Origin: Balamuthia mandrillaris
Taxonomy: Eukaryota
Assembly (NCBI GenBank): GCA_031835245.2
Contig: JAVKOQ020000091.1
Coordinates: forward strand, 62,001 to 126,000
DNA: 64,000 bases
Reading direction: 5' to 3'
The notes beneath the pieces were generated by a model that ran no database searches, was not told where the DNA came from, and worked only from the letters and a program-made list of their open reading frames with translations. Shown piece after piece: positions 27,719-39,544 of the stretch (positions within the stretch are counted from its first letter, which is position 1; every line of letters starts with the position of its first letter). The position numbers and the translations under genes were made by a program.

Positions 27719-28082
27719 CTTTTTTTTAAATTCTGCTCTTGCTTGAAAGCTTGTTTTTTTTTTAAAGGTTGAAAGTTTGCTGGAACTTGCAAGTCAACCA
27801 GAAGTGATGGAGCATCCCCCCGCTTTTGAGTCTTTAGCATTTGAACCATGGCGACTCTATGTCCATCAACCGAACTTGGGAGAAACGTGAAAGAGAGATT
27901 GACGAACGTCCGTCCAAAGAGCCCGAGCCCAAATAAGGAAAATATTTTATCAAAATTTCCCGCCTCTGCTCTTTTTGTTCACAGTTTGTTCACGCCACCT
28001 ATCCATCTTACCATGTCGACGCGGAATATTTTTTGATTTATTTTTTTCCTTTAAAGAAAGGAGAGAGCAGAAGCTCTGGGCT

Positions 28083-29231
28083 TCAAGAACGAAGCTTTCG
28101 CATCCACCCCGTGCCAGTACTCACTTCATGGGTCCGAGTTACCATCATTCGTTCTTCCTCCTCTGCAAGCTTCTCTTCTTCTCGCCTCCTTTCCGTTTGA
28201 TTCTCTTTGTCTTTATGCGATCCTTCCTCCTCTGCCTCTTCTCTAAACTTGGCACCATAGAGAGCAAAAGAACCAGTGCACAAGCACAGATCCACATTCT
28301 CTTTCACGTTGTCTGCTGACAGACCATATTTGCCAGAGCGAAGGACCTCTTCTTTGGCTGCTTCGTCCGTTTTCAGTCGATCTGTTGTGAAGGAGATGTG
28401 TGGCGAGGAGAGGGTGGCGTAGTCGCCGCCTTTCTTGCTGACCACATCCACAAATACTTTTCCGGTCTTGAATGTTCATTCATATCGTTAGAGAAAGAGC
28501 GCAGAAGGACAAAAAAAAAGGAGTGAGGAAAGAGAAAAGGAGGAACAAGAGAATGGAAGAAGGAGAACAAGAAGCAGAAGGAGGAGGAGGAGGAGAACAA
28601 GACGAAGACCAGCATCAAGACGAGAGAACGAGAAGGAAGAGGAGAACAGAAGAAGAAAGAAGAAGAAGCACAAGAGGGAGGAAGAAGAACAAGCAGCAGA
28701 AGCATAAGGAGGAGAACAAGACGAAGACCAGCACCAAGGCGATAGAACGAGAACATAGTTAAGTTTACAAAACCTGGAACTGCAGGAGGCGCAAGGAATA
28801 CCAAACGGGTTTGTCATCCCCAAGACAGCAGCAACAGTTCATCTCTTCGCTTGCGGGCGGCAAAGTTTCTGAATTATTCGTCACCGTAAGTAGTCATGAA
28901 CCATACAGTGGCAAAAAGTAGTGGAGCGACAGCAAGTACCCGTGGCCATCACGCCGTAGCACTGCCGGTTGGTCAGGTCTATGAAATGGCCTTGAATGCA
29001 GCTCTGCTCACCCACGTAGACAAAGCACAGCTGCGCCACCCCTTGGATGGACAAACGTTTCTTCCCGTTTTCGTTTTCGTTTTCGGTTGCAGGCAGCTCA
29101 AACACAGCTTCCTCCTCCTCCTCCTCTGCTTCTTCGCGGCCTTCTGGGTTCCTCGTGGTTGGTTGTGGTCGTGCTGGAACAGGATGCCCACCACCGCAGT
29201 GATGGTCATTGCACGAGCAGAAAGAAGCCAT
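28083..29231 (-). CDS. Hypothetical protein; about 3 exons
   Basis: Exons MASFCSCNDHHC...GHFIDLTNRQCYGVMAT / ETLPPASEEMNCCCCLGDDKPVWYSLRLLQFQ / ...VDVVSKKGGDYATL...* are separated by GT-AG introns with microsatellites. No family recognised. Confidence 0.5.
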
Positions 29232-29430
29232 CTCCTTTCTTCTTTGTTTTATCCTTTTTATTTCTAGGAAAATTTTTGAATGGAAACTACGAATTTTTGA
29301 CGACAACAGGCGTGGGCTGTTTTTGTGCTCAGATGCTTCACCTATAATAAAATTGCTGCTCAATAACTGCACGAAATGACGTCCATTTCTAAGAAAAAAA
29401 AAAAAGGGTAGCAGAAGAAGCACAACAAGG

Positions 29431-30588
29431 ATGAGACTCAAGTGCGCACGTTTGCCTGCAGCGGCCCCTCCTTGCCCCTCCCTTTCTCATGCACGAAGGG
29501 CTGCTGGCTGTTATCCAACGCCCTCCTTTTCTCTCTGCTCCCGCCGATCACCGGTCTCGGGCTCTGCTTTCCGCTTCGCTTACTCCACCTCCGCTGCGCC
29601 CACCTCCGCAACAGATGCAACGACAAATGTCAGCCAGGCAGAGGAAAACTCTGACACCGCTGCTGCCGCTTCTTCTTCTTCTTCTTCATCATCCATCTTT
29701 GCCACCTCCCAACGAGCGACCAGACAGTCAAGGCTTGATACCCTGAAGAACGCGCTGGACAACGGCGCTGCTGAGCTAGAACTCGATTTCTTCCTCCGAT
29801 CGTCAGAAGGCGAGGAGCAAGAAGGAACAGAAGCCGAACATCTCTCTTCTTCCTCTTTTTCCACCACTTCCTCCGCTGCCGCGAACAAACCTTCCAACCC
29901 CAATAAAGCCGCTCAACGAGAACGCTCCGACTACGAGCTCGAGGCCATCAAGAAGGCAGCCCGCTCCCTGCGCAAGAACCGCGAGCGCCTGCCGGCCTGG
30001 ATCAAGGCCCCCGCCCCCACCGGCGAGAAGTACCACGAGCTCCGCCGCTCCCTCGAGGGCCTTAACCTCAACACCGTCTGCCAGGAGGCACGATGCCCCA
30101 ACATTGGGGAGTGCTGGAGCGGCGGCACGGCCACCATCATGCTGCTGGGGGACACCTGCACCAGGGGCTGTCGCTTCTGCGCGGTGAAGACCTCGCGGAC
30201 GCCTCCCCCGCCGGACCCCAAGGAGCCGGCGCACGTGGCGGAGGCTATCGCGAAGTGGGGGCTGAAGTACGTGGTGCTGACCAGCGTGGACAGGGACGAC
30301 CTGGCGGACGGCGGTTCCCGCCATTTCGCCGACACCGTCCGCAACCTCAAGCGACGCCAGCCGGGCCTCCTGGTGGAGTGTTTGGTGCCGGACTTTGCAG
30401 GGGACATGGAGGCCGTCAAGGAGGTGGCCACCAGCGGCCTGGACGTGTTTGCCCACAACGTGGAGACGGTGGAGGGCCTGCAGGAGTGGGTGAGGGATAG
30501 GAGGGCCAACTACAGGCAGTCGTTGGATGTCTTGCAGGCGGCCAAGAAGTTCCAACCGGAGGTCGTCACGAAATCTTCTATCATGCTG

Positions 30589-30619
<31 letters not shown>

Positions 30620-31025
30620 TCATGCGTGGTTAATCAACGAGTCGTGTTGCAAATAGGGGCTTGGTGAGAAGGATGACGAAGTGAGACAGGCCATGCGGGA
30701 CTTGAGGGACGTTGGTGTGGAGATCCTCACCTTTGGGCAGTACCTCCGTCCGAGCAAGAGACACATCGAGGTGGCCGCTTACATCACGCCCGAGCAATTT
30801 GCCCAATGGAAGAAAGTGGGCGAAGAGGGGATGGGCTTTGGTACGTTGATTCTCTATTCCCTATCTTCCTTCTCTTTTCCTCTAGGATGCTTTTGCTGAC
30901 CGAACCTCCTCTCCACAGCTTACGTTGCAAGCGGTGCAATGGTTCGGTCTTCCTATCGCGCTGCCGAGTTCTTTACCGAAAGCCTCGTTCAGCAACGCAA
31001 AAACGCCGCCGGCAGCAGCAGCTAA
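29431..31025 (+). CDS. LIAS: Lipoyl synthase (radical SAM); 3 exons
   Basis: [54 protein letters not shown] and VRSSYRA, with a mitochondrial presequence. Confidence 0.97.
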
Positions 31026-31057
31026 TCTGGAATGGCCAACTGCACTATCCCCTCACT

Positions 31058-31115
<58 letters not shown>

Positions 31116-31152
31116 CTCTCTCGTGTAAATAAATCATAGTGCGACTAAAAAA

Positions 31153-31237
31153 ATTGATCACGTTTGTCAATATTTGCAAATAAATTACAACCTTTCGTTT
31201 TTATTGATCATGTTTGTCAATATTTGCAAATAAATTA
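31153..31237. repeat. 35-bp direct repeat (2 copies, 50-bp period) containing the palindrome TATTTGCAAATA
   Basis: attgatcaYgtttgtcaatatttgcaaataaatta occurs at 31153 and 31203 with one mismatch. Confidence 0.85.
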
Positions 31238-31567
31238 GCGCCTAAACAACAACAATTTTCGTCCCTCATTTTGTGTCGACAGTGGCTACTTGTCGCGCGT
31301 ACTGGTTCCACTACGCAATTGAAAGACAGAAAAAAAAAACAAAAAGAAAGTGGTGGAAGAGGGCAAAGAAGCATCATCCACTCGCTGTGCTCCCCCAAAA
31401 AGTAGAAAAAAAAAAGCAACATAAACCAGCAGTAGTTTGGAGGTTAACAAAACTTTGGGGAGGGGGTTAGCGGTGGGTTTTCTGTTCCCTTCCTTCCTTC
31501 CTTCCTTTTTCTCACGGTAAAGAAATAACAACAGAAGGAGGACGTCAAACCATCAACACGGAGGGAG

Positions 31568-33709
31568 ATGGGCGCCAAAGTGGTAGCCATTGCCGTTGCA
31601 TGGGGCTTAGCCAGTGCTGTGTCCCTCCCACTGGGAGCCTTTTTGGGCATGTACTTTCACCCAAGGAAGGTGGTCATCTCCACGCTCATGTCTTTTGGTG
31701 GAGGGGCGCTTCTGTTCGCCTTGGCTGTGGAGCTCTTTGCAGAGTCTCTCATCCATCCCAAGCACATGGACAAAGAGGAGGTGGACAAACACTGGTTCGT
31801 GCCTGTCTGTCTCATCCTTGGCGCCATCGTGGGTGGCATCTGTTTCTCCGTGCTGAACCACATGTTGGACAAGTGGGGAGCCTTTCTTCGCAGGCTCTCC
31901 AGCACGCAGCGCCGTCTTCGTTATCCCTTCATGCTGAGAGTGGTCAGCCAGCTGAAGCGCGTGGAAGGCTTCCGTAACGCCTCGTTCTTGGAGCTGCTGC
32001 ACTTGACGGAGCACATGAAGGAACGCACCTTTGCAGCAGGAGAGATCATCTTCAAAGACTCGCAAATGGAGGACGTGCCCATCTTCTTGGTTGTGAAAGG
32101 AGTAGTGGAAGTAAGGAACGGACAGGCGATGGGAGTGGACCAACTAAAGACAACAACGGATGCGGAGAATGAGGAAAGCGAGGAGCATCACACCAGGAGC
32201 GAAGAAGGAGAAGAAAGAAAGAGAAAGGAGAACCTTGTGGAACTGGTGGGGGCTGGTGGCATGTTTGGTAACATCGAATGCATTACAGGCAAATTTGTAC
32301 GTTCCTCGGCTACAGCGGTGGACAAGACTACAGTTATGATGCTGGATGTATTCCACGCGTTACGAGTTCTTCGTAGAGTCCAGGCACGGTATGGAACTGT
32401 TGATGGAAGGGAATTGCATGAAGACCGTCACGTAGGAGGAGAGGGTGTCACGCACGCAGCACTCAGGCCAACGGACAACGATAACTATCTTAAAGAGGAA
32501 GAATTCAGAGAGTACTATGGGGACGATAGAGAAGCATTGACAGATGACGACAGAACGGATGACTCTTCTGCTCTTGACTTTTCTGTTGCTTCCTCTTCGC
32601 CTTCCTCCTCTGAGGATGAGAATGGCTCCGCTGCAAAAAGAGGGAAGAACATATCAAGAAGAAACAAACAGAACAGGAAAGGGATACGTGAAAAAAGAAG
32701 AAAGCTCGGAAAAGCCTTGAAGTCATCTCTCGTCATCCTACCGGACAGTCGTCACGACTATTCCGGCGAAGACGTTAATTCTGAGTTGGAGTTGAGAGAA
32801 CTTCCCTCTTCATTGCAATCCCTTTCAGATAAACAGAAAACAAGGAAAGATGAGGAGGTGGAAGACGAAGGAGAAAAACAATTTTCCAACGAGGATGAGA
32901 CATCAGACGAAGAATGTGAAGAAAGCGAAGACGAAGTAGAAGGAGAAGAAGGACAAAATGAAATAAACAACACAACGAGACTTTCGCCAGTCGGTTCGCA
33001 AGAGGACTTTTTCCCTTTAGGCACTGCTGTGGACCGCACCAGCACCGACCTTCTACGCCAATCTTCGGAGCTCCCTCGAGAAATTAGAAGAAAACACAAG
33101 AAAAAAAGGCTCGCTCCTCCTCACCGCCTTTTCCGAAAATCTCAGCCAAATGCCCCTGACCTTTCTGCTGTCTCCACCGCTGCCTCTGCTCCTCAGCACG
33201 ATGAGGAGGCCCAACTAGAGGGCCACCACGACTCTGACGCTCATGCCGACACCCCGCACAACTCCGTGTTGGGCATATGGTTGGGCATCACCATCGACAG
33301 CATCCCTGAGTCGCTGATCATTGGCACCATGGCTGTGAGCAACTCCATCAGCTGGGCCTTCATCGTGGGCGTCTTTCTCTCCAACCTGCCCGAGGCCATG
33401 GCCTGCGCCCCCGGCATGCGCCTCCAGGGCCTCAGCCGGTGGAAGGTCATGCTGCTCTGGGGCAGCATCTTCATCACCACTGGCATCGGGGCGGGCATCG
33501 GCGCCCTGCTCTTCACCAGCGAGCCGGTGGGGTGGGAGCTGGCCGTGGTGGTGTTCATCGAGGGCCTGGCGGGGGGTGCCATGCTCACCATGATCGCCCA
33601 GACCATGCTGCCCGAGGCCTTTGCCCATGCCAACACGGTGGTGGGCCTGGCCACCTTGTTCGGCTTCCTGGCCGCCACCGCCGTCAAGGTCATGGGAGAT
33701 CGGTTGTAA
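31568..33709 (+). CDS. ZIP/ZupT-family metal transporter with an inserted cyclic-nucleotide-binding domain (intronless, 713 aa)
   Basis: TM1-3 include LMSFGGGALLFALAVELF; the CNB-like segment reads RTFAAGEIIF...IFLVVKGVVEV...GGMFG...R.SATA; TM4-8 include GITIDSIPES, FLSNLPEA and LAGGAMLTMIAQTMLPEAF. Confidence 0.9.
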   Translation: MGAKVVAIAVAWGLASAVSLPLGAFLGMYFHPRKVVISTLMSFGGGALLFALAVELFAESLIHPKHMDKEEVDKHWFVPVCLILGAIVGGICFSVLNHMLDKWGAFLRRLSSTQRRLRYPFMLRVVSQLKRVEGFRNASFLELLHLTEHMKERTFAAGEIIFKDSQMEDVPIFLVVKGVVEVRNGQAMGVDQLKTTTDAENEESEEHHTRSEEGEERKRKENLVELVGAGGMFGNIECITGKFVRSSATAVDKTTVMMLDVFHALRVLRRVQARYGTVDGRELHEDRHVGGEGVTHAALRPTDNDNYLKEEEFREYYGDDREALTDDDRTDDSSALDFSVASSSPSSSEDENGSAAKRGKNISRRNKQNRKGIREKRRKLGKALKSSLVILPDSRHDYSGEDVNSELELRELPSSLQSLSDKQKTRKDEEVEDEGEKQFSNEDETSDEECEESEDEVEGEEGQNEINNTTRLSPVGSQEDFFPLGTAVDRTSTDLLRQSSELPREIRRKHKKKRLAPPHRLFRKSQPNAPDLSAVSTAASAPQHDEEAQLEGHHDSDAHADTPHNSVLGIWLGITIDSIPESLIIGTMAVSNSISWAFIVGVFLSNLPEAMACAPGMRLQGLSRWKVMLLWGSIFITTGIGAGIGALLFTSEPVGWELAVVVFIEGLAGGAMLTMIAQTMLPEAFAHANTVVGLATLFGFLAATAVKVMGDRL

Positions 33710-34288
33710 AGAAGAAGAAACAAAAAAAAAAGGTGTGAAGATATACACATTTCCTGCCGACTCGCCTGTGACGTGTTCGTTGTCGACACGTGAATGGAGG
33801 GTGCCATGGTAACTGCTGTGGAGACAGAGCAGTACCCAGGAAACCTAAATTGGGTGTGTAACCTGGGTGATCAGGCTGTCTTTAAGTCACCTTTGTTGAA
33901 AAAAGGAAACCTGAAATATTCCGTTATTCCATAAACAGATTGTTGTAGACATTTCATTACCCTAAACTCAGATCTCATTTCTATTTTTGGAAATTGAAGG
34001 AGATTTTGCTTCCAAACGCCGTTTTTTGTCTGTCGTATTTCCTCGTTTTCTCACCGGTACCTTTCTTCCGAATAGCAAACAAAAGCAATACACAAAAAAA
34101 CAAAAAAATAATAATAGGGCGATTGAGCAAAGCACTCTTTTTATTTGAAGAAGGGAGACACACACACGCACGCGCAGCAGAACAATTATTACCCTCCCTC
34201 CTTCCAGCAATTCCTCTGCTTTGTTTTGTTTTTTTTCTTTCAACCACAAAAAAACAAACAAACCAAACAAACACCTACAAAAGCTTGC

Positions 34289-35920
34289 ATGGAAGAGCAT
34301 CACCATTCCTCCTCCTTTCATTCCACGTTGTGGAACAAGCTGACCGCCCTCGCCAGGAAGAAAGAGCAGCCCTCCAAGGACAAGAACGACAATGAGGGCC
34401 AGGGCCAGGGACAGGGGCAGGACCCCTGGAAGACCGCCAGCGGGCTGAACCCCAGCCCCTCCCGAGATAACTCCCAGGAGCTGACGCTGAGGCACTGCCA
34501 GAGGAGACGCGAGGAAGAGAGCGCCTCCGCGGAGAAGAAGGCCGCGCCCCCTGGTGCTAGGCTGCTTAGCGTGGCCTACGTGGGCGACTGCGAGGTCTCC
34601 GTCGGGGTGGTGGACAGCCAAAGCGGAAAGTTTGAACGCTCTCTTGAACAAGTATGCCCCCTCCTCCCCCCTTTTTTTTGTAGCTCATCTTTACTGTTTC
34701 ATCTTCAAGTTTTCGTCTTCAGCCCATCCTTTTTTTTTTTTGCAGATTTTCTAAAAAAAAATTTGCTTTGCAAAGAGCATCCATGTGGGACGCTCGTTGG
34801 AGCTTCCTCCTATTAACGGGGCTAGGGCCTGGAACCGCGACGACCGCGTCATCTACTTTATGGGCAACAAGGAGGAGGGCTCCTTCCTCTACCGCTTCGA
34901 CCTCCAGACGGGGACACTGCGCGCCTCCTCGCATGCCCTCGATCGCGGGCTCCCCTGGACCCTGGCCTATGACCCCCGCTGGCCGCAGCACCTCTGGTGC
35001 TTTGCCGTGCAGCCCTTTGTCCAGTCCACGCTCAGCCTCTACCAGGTGGAGGTGGAGACGGGGAAGATGCGGCTGGTCACCAACTTTGATAGACAATACA
35101 GCAAGCTCATCCGAGCCGGAAGGGACAACTACTGTGGAGCCTATGACGCGGCCACGTCGCGGTTCTTCCTCTACCTGGAGAAGCGTCGCGGCAAGAGCAA
35201 ACGTCACAAGCAACCGGAGGAGGCGGAGGAAGAGCAAGTAAGAGACCGGGAGATAACAGCGGATGCGGATGTCTTGATGGAGCGCAAGATGAGTCGTGCG
35301 TTGCGGCTGTATCGTCAGTTGGAGGAGGACCCTATGCTGCTCATTGTTGACACGGACACGCTGAGCACCGTGGAGGTTCCCATTCGCTTCTCTCGCCTAG
35401 AGAACGTGAAGCTCAACACGTTGGAGTCGTACGTCTACAGCAAACGCTGGAACTGCCTCTTTGGCTTTGCCTCGTTGACCAAGGAGAAGTGCATGGTGCA
35501 GCAGCGGCTCCGGATGCAGTTTGTGCGAGTGGAGGTGGCTACTGGCACCGTCACTCCGTTGGGACCAGAGTGGAGCGACTATAAGCGAGCGGAAGATGGC
35601 TTGATGGCATTGGATGAAGAACGGGGTCTCCTTTTCACGAGCATCGTTAGGTTTGTTCTCTCTCTCTCTTTCTCTCTCTCCTTTCTGCTCCTCTGCTCTC
35701 TTGTTCTCTTCTCTTTGCTAACTGCTCTTTCTTCAAAAGCGAATGGTCTTGGTTTACAACGCATTGGCGTTTTGTCACCATTGACGTGAGGACAGGAACT
35801 GTCTCTCATGAGACGACGTGGTACAACGCCTCCTCCCGAGCGCTTTGCTTCTTCCCTCCGGAGCTCTCCTCTCCTGCCAAGAGCACCAGGAAAGAAGGCC
35901 CCCAATCGTTACGTCTATAA
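34289..35920 (+). CDS. Hypothetical protein, beta-strand rich (possible propeller); 3 exons
   Basis: GC-rich exons joined by GT-AG introns. Recurring motifs include YRFDLQTGT, YQVEVETGKM, VRVEVATGTV and VTIDVRTGTV. Confidence 0.65.
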
Positions 35921-36170
35921 CACACGATGGATGAGTTGCACTGTCCATAGTAGTTTTGGCATTTATTTTTTTTTTTTTTGTTGGTGTTCTTTTTTGTTAT
36001 TCTTTGTATTTTTATATTATTATCACCAATCCAGTTTTGTTTTTTCTTATTTCTCTCGTTCTCTCTTGTTCTCTTTCATTCTTCTTTCTCACTCTCATCT
36101 CGTTTTCTCGCATTTATCTCCTCTTTCTTCACATTATCACACGGATGGGCAAGAGGCTCTTTTGTTGCGT

Positions 36171-37765
36171 TTACGTGTAGGACAGACGAAGCAACAAGGG
36201 AGGGTCAAAGTTGTCGTTCGTCAAACTGATGTAGATGGAATGATTGCCTTGGGCGGCATCGGGAAGGTTCGGATAGTAGCCACCGTAGAGCGGAAACGCA
36301 GCCAACGGCTTGCCTTCCTTGGAGAGCTGTCTCACCATTCCGGTCGCATCGTCATCGTCGTCCGCTCTTTTCGCTTTTCTCGTCTTGTATAACGCGCCAA
36401 CCACCTTTGTTCGAACAACGATGTAAGCACCAGGGACAGCATAAAAGCGGGAGAAAGGAGCAAAGGTTTTTTTTTTACCTGACTGGCAGCAAAGAGGTAA
36501 CCATCGCCAACGGTGAGGGCTTGAGGGATCTCGTAGAACGGGATGGATCCGTTGGGCGTGCAGAACTGGGTCGCCAACGTCGCGTTCAGGATGCACAGAT
36601 CGGCAAACACTTGATCCTCTGTAAAGATGAACTGTTTTTACCGACCGTTAGGCTTATCTGCCATTTCACTATGATGTTCTCTCTCTCTTTCTCTCTCTCT
36701 CCTTCTCTCTCTCTCTCTCTCTCTCTCTCTTCCTTCTCTTCTCTCTGGCTTAACACCTACCGTATCGGAAGGGTTCTGATAATTGTAGAACGGAACGGGA
36801 GGTGTCATGTGGCCAAAGGTGTAGGTCCAGTTGAGAACTTTCCAGGTGGTGTAGTCCACTTGGATGAGGCCGTAGCCTTGCCAAGAGGTTCCGCGCTGGG
36901 CTACGAAGTAGGCATTTGTTCCTTCTTGAGAGCTGTATTGAAAGATTGATATCAAAGAGAGAGAGAGAGAGAGAGAGAGAGAAACGAACGTGAAGCCATT
37001 ATAAAAGTGAGTGTAGGATCCGTTTCCAACGGTTTGTGTCTGTGGAAGAAGCGAAAAGCTCTTCGTCTCAAACTGTTTAATCCACTTTGTTGGTCACTCA
37101 AGAAATAAAGAAAGAAACGACAAGAAAGAAAGAAAGAAACAACAAGAAAGAGAAAGGGATAAAGACGGAAAGCAAAACCTGGTAGACGTAGGAAACGTTG
37201 CCCTCCACCCCTTGAAACAGATAGACCATGGAATAATCCGGCAAGACGAAGCCATTGTCCAAGTTGGTGTTGTCCACCAGCGGGAAAGGCGCGCTCTTCC
37301 TTGTCACTTTCCAGGAGACCAAGTCCACCTTTGTAGAAGAACTGGTTAACCACCACAAGACAGACTTTAAAAAACAAAAACATAACAAACCTCCAAGCCC
37401 AGGTTAGCAAACAACCACATCTTGGGCGTCACTTTCGGCGAGGACGGAGGCACGATGAAGGTCTGCACCCGCGGGAACGGGGTCAGTCCCTCGTTCGACA
37501 CGATCAGCGTTCGGGTGATGTTGAGCGTCCAGCCGTCAAACTCGGTGAGCGTGTATCCCTGCGGCCTCTCCACCACGGCATAGACGCTGCCGTTGTGGTA
37601 GTCCAGCGTGACGGGGATGCTCGCGATGCCAAAGGAGTAGTTGGCGCTGCCGGTAAAGCCCACGGCCTCCACGGCGGAGAAAGCAGAAGAAGAGGAAAAA
37701 GAGGAGAGGAGAACGTGGAAGAGTAGGCCAGTGATGCTGACACGAACGATCCGCTCTGCCGCCAT
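36171..37765 (-). CDS. Secreted hypothetical protein; multi-exon
   Basis: Signal-like MAAERIVRVSITGLLFHVLLSSFSSSSAFS; several N-glycosylation sequons; GT-AG introns; ends ...DPPLLLRLSYT*. Confidence 0.65.
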
Positions 37766-38180
37766 CGTTGCTGTGCCGGGGCTGTGGTTGAGCGGTTTGA
37801 CGAACAGAAAAGAAAAAGAAGGAAGAAAAACGGGAACGAAAGGAGAAGAAAAAGAAAAGAAAAGAAAAGAAAAGATGAGCGAAACGTCGCGCGACTTTTC
37901 CTTTTTGGAGGCCCAACAAACCAATCAGAAAGAAAGAAAGACTGAAAGAAAGAAACAACAAGAAAGAAAGAAAGAAAGAAAGAAACGACAAGAAAGAAAG
38001 AAAGAAAGAAAGAAACGACAAGAAAGAAAGAAACGACAAGAAAGAAACGACAAGAAAGAAAGAAAGAAACGACAAGAAAGAAACGACAAGAAAGAAAGAA
38101 AGAAAGAAAGAAAGAAACGACAAGAAAGAAAGAAACGACAAGAAAGAAAGAAACGACAAGAAAGAAACGACAAGAAAGAA
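37732..38180 (-). repeat. Copy A of a diverged ~450-bp direct repeat (upstream region plus first codons of the secreted gene)
   Basis: Shares gatgctga..cgaacgatccgctctgc.gccat..., aaagatgagcgaaa...ttcctttttgg and the (aagaaacgac/aaag)n tract with 40283-40725. Confidence 0.8.
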
Positions 38181-38641
38181 ACAAAAAAGTGGCCACCCTC
38201 ACCGCCACTACCACCACACCGCCACCGCCACCAGAGGAACAGTGTGCCCATCACTTCCTTTTAACTAACTACTAGAATGAGGATCCTTCAACTAAAAATT
38301 CAAGCTTTTAAAGGAACTGGATGGTGGAAGAAGAAGAAGACATAGACCAGCAACCAGGTCCCTTCTCTTCGCCGGCAAGCCCTTTTTTTTGTGACCAAAT
38401 CATATTGTTTTTTGTCCAAGGCAACCGATCAGAGAACACCACTGCTGCCGCCGCCACCACTGCCATCACTACCGCCTCGACCTCCACTAATTCTCCTTAT
38501 CTTCCAACGTGTCAACAACAACCACCACCATACTTGTTGGCTGGACACAACACATCTGAATCTTCTTCGCAAGGGCCACTACGATGCACCATTCGTGTGT
38601 GGATAGAAGATTATGGTGGAAACGGTGGCTGTGAGCTCACG

Positions 38642-39343
38642 TCACCCGACCTTCAAGCTATTGAGCCTGTTGTTGACAGCGAGGAGGAGGACCGGGACAA
38701 AACAAGAGGGCGAGGTCCCAGCGGTAGCGATCTTGTTACTTGGACTCTTTACCCCCAGTAGGGGAACGAAGCAGTGACCCAACTCAACAACCACATCGAG
38801 GTTCTGGAGACGAGACGCAAGAGAGCCCAGGAGAATTTGGCATCCCCTGTGACGATGCCTTTTTTTGAGTTGGGTCGTCAACTCTTTGTTGGAGGTTTTT
38901 AGTTGGGCCACTCGCGCCGTCAACTCTTTGTTGGAGGTTTTTAGTTGGGCCACTCGAGCCGTCAACTCTTTGTTGGAGGTTTTTAGTTGGGCCACTTCTG
39001 CTTCCAAATCGTCCAACCGTTGCAGCACGGAGTCCAGGACCTCAGCGAGTCGGTCCCGCACCACGCCTTTCAACGTCTCCTCCTCCACGCATGGAGTCAC
39101 CACCACTTTCTTGCAATCCTTGCCAAGCAAGAACGGCTTCGCTTCGGAGACATCTGCAATGCAGGCGCCCTTGTGGAACGTTTCGAGGTTTTCCTTGTTT
39201 TCCGCCCCAAGAAACAGGCCTTCGCATGTGAAAGCTTCAAACACTTGTTCCTTTTCTTGTGTTCTCCGCCTTTTGGGGTTGTCGGCCCGTGCGGAGCAGG
39301 TTCGGACTTTGCGGGCAGCTGTGCTCTTGGTTTGGTTGCTCAT
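38642..39343 (-). CDS. Intronless coiled-coil ORF with three 42-bp tandem repeats (VAQLKTSNKELTAR); possibly a pseudogene
   Basis: 233-aa ATG ORF with near-perfect 14-aa repeats (two heptads each) at 38876-38996. Confidence 0.45.
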   Translation of the reverse strand: MSNQTKSTAARKVRTCSARADNPKRRRTQEKEQVFEAFTCEGLFLGAENKENLETFHKGACIADVSEAKPFLLGKDCKKVVVTPCVEEETLKGVVRDRLAEVLDSVLQRLDDLEAEVAQLKTSNKELTARVAQLKTSNKELTARVAQLKTSNKELTTQLKKRHRHRGCQILLGSLASRLQNLDVVVELGHCFVPLLGVKSPSNKIATAGTSPSCFVPVLLLAVNNRLNSLKVG

Positions 39344-39544
39344 GGTGCAGCAGCTTGCCTGTGGTTGTGTGTGAAAATATAAAATAAAAAAAAAAAGAGC
39401 ACTTTGAGGAGTCTCTCCTCAAGGTCTTGGAGCCGCCTCCAAGGACATCGTCATCGTCGTCTTCCTCCTCATCACTATTGTCAGCATCATCACCAGGGTA
39501 GGCAATCATGTAGGGGCTTTCGTCGATGGGGACAGGATTGCTTT

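Noticed and set aside
28881..28883. In-frame TGA in a Cys-rich ORF suggesting selenocysteine or readthrough
   Set aside because: The TGA falls inside a GT-AG intron (about 28870-28938). Splicing restores the frame.
29803..30555. Long antisense ORFs over lipoyl synthase (similarly 33215-33807, 53611-54498, 26825-27772)
   Set aside because: These are shadow ORFs produced by GC-rich codon usage on the opposite strand. They carry no recognisable motifs.
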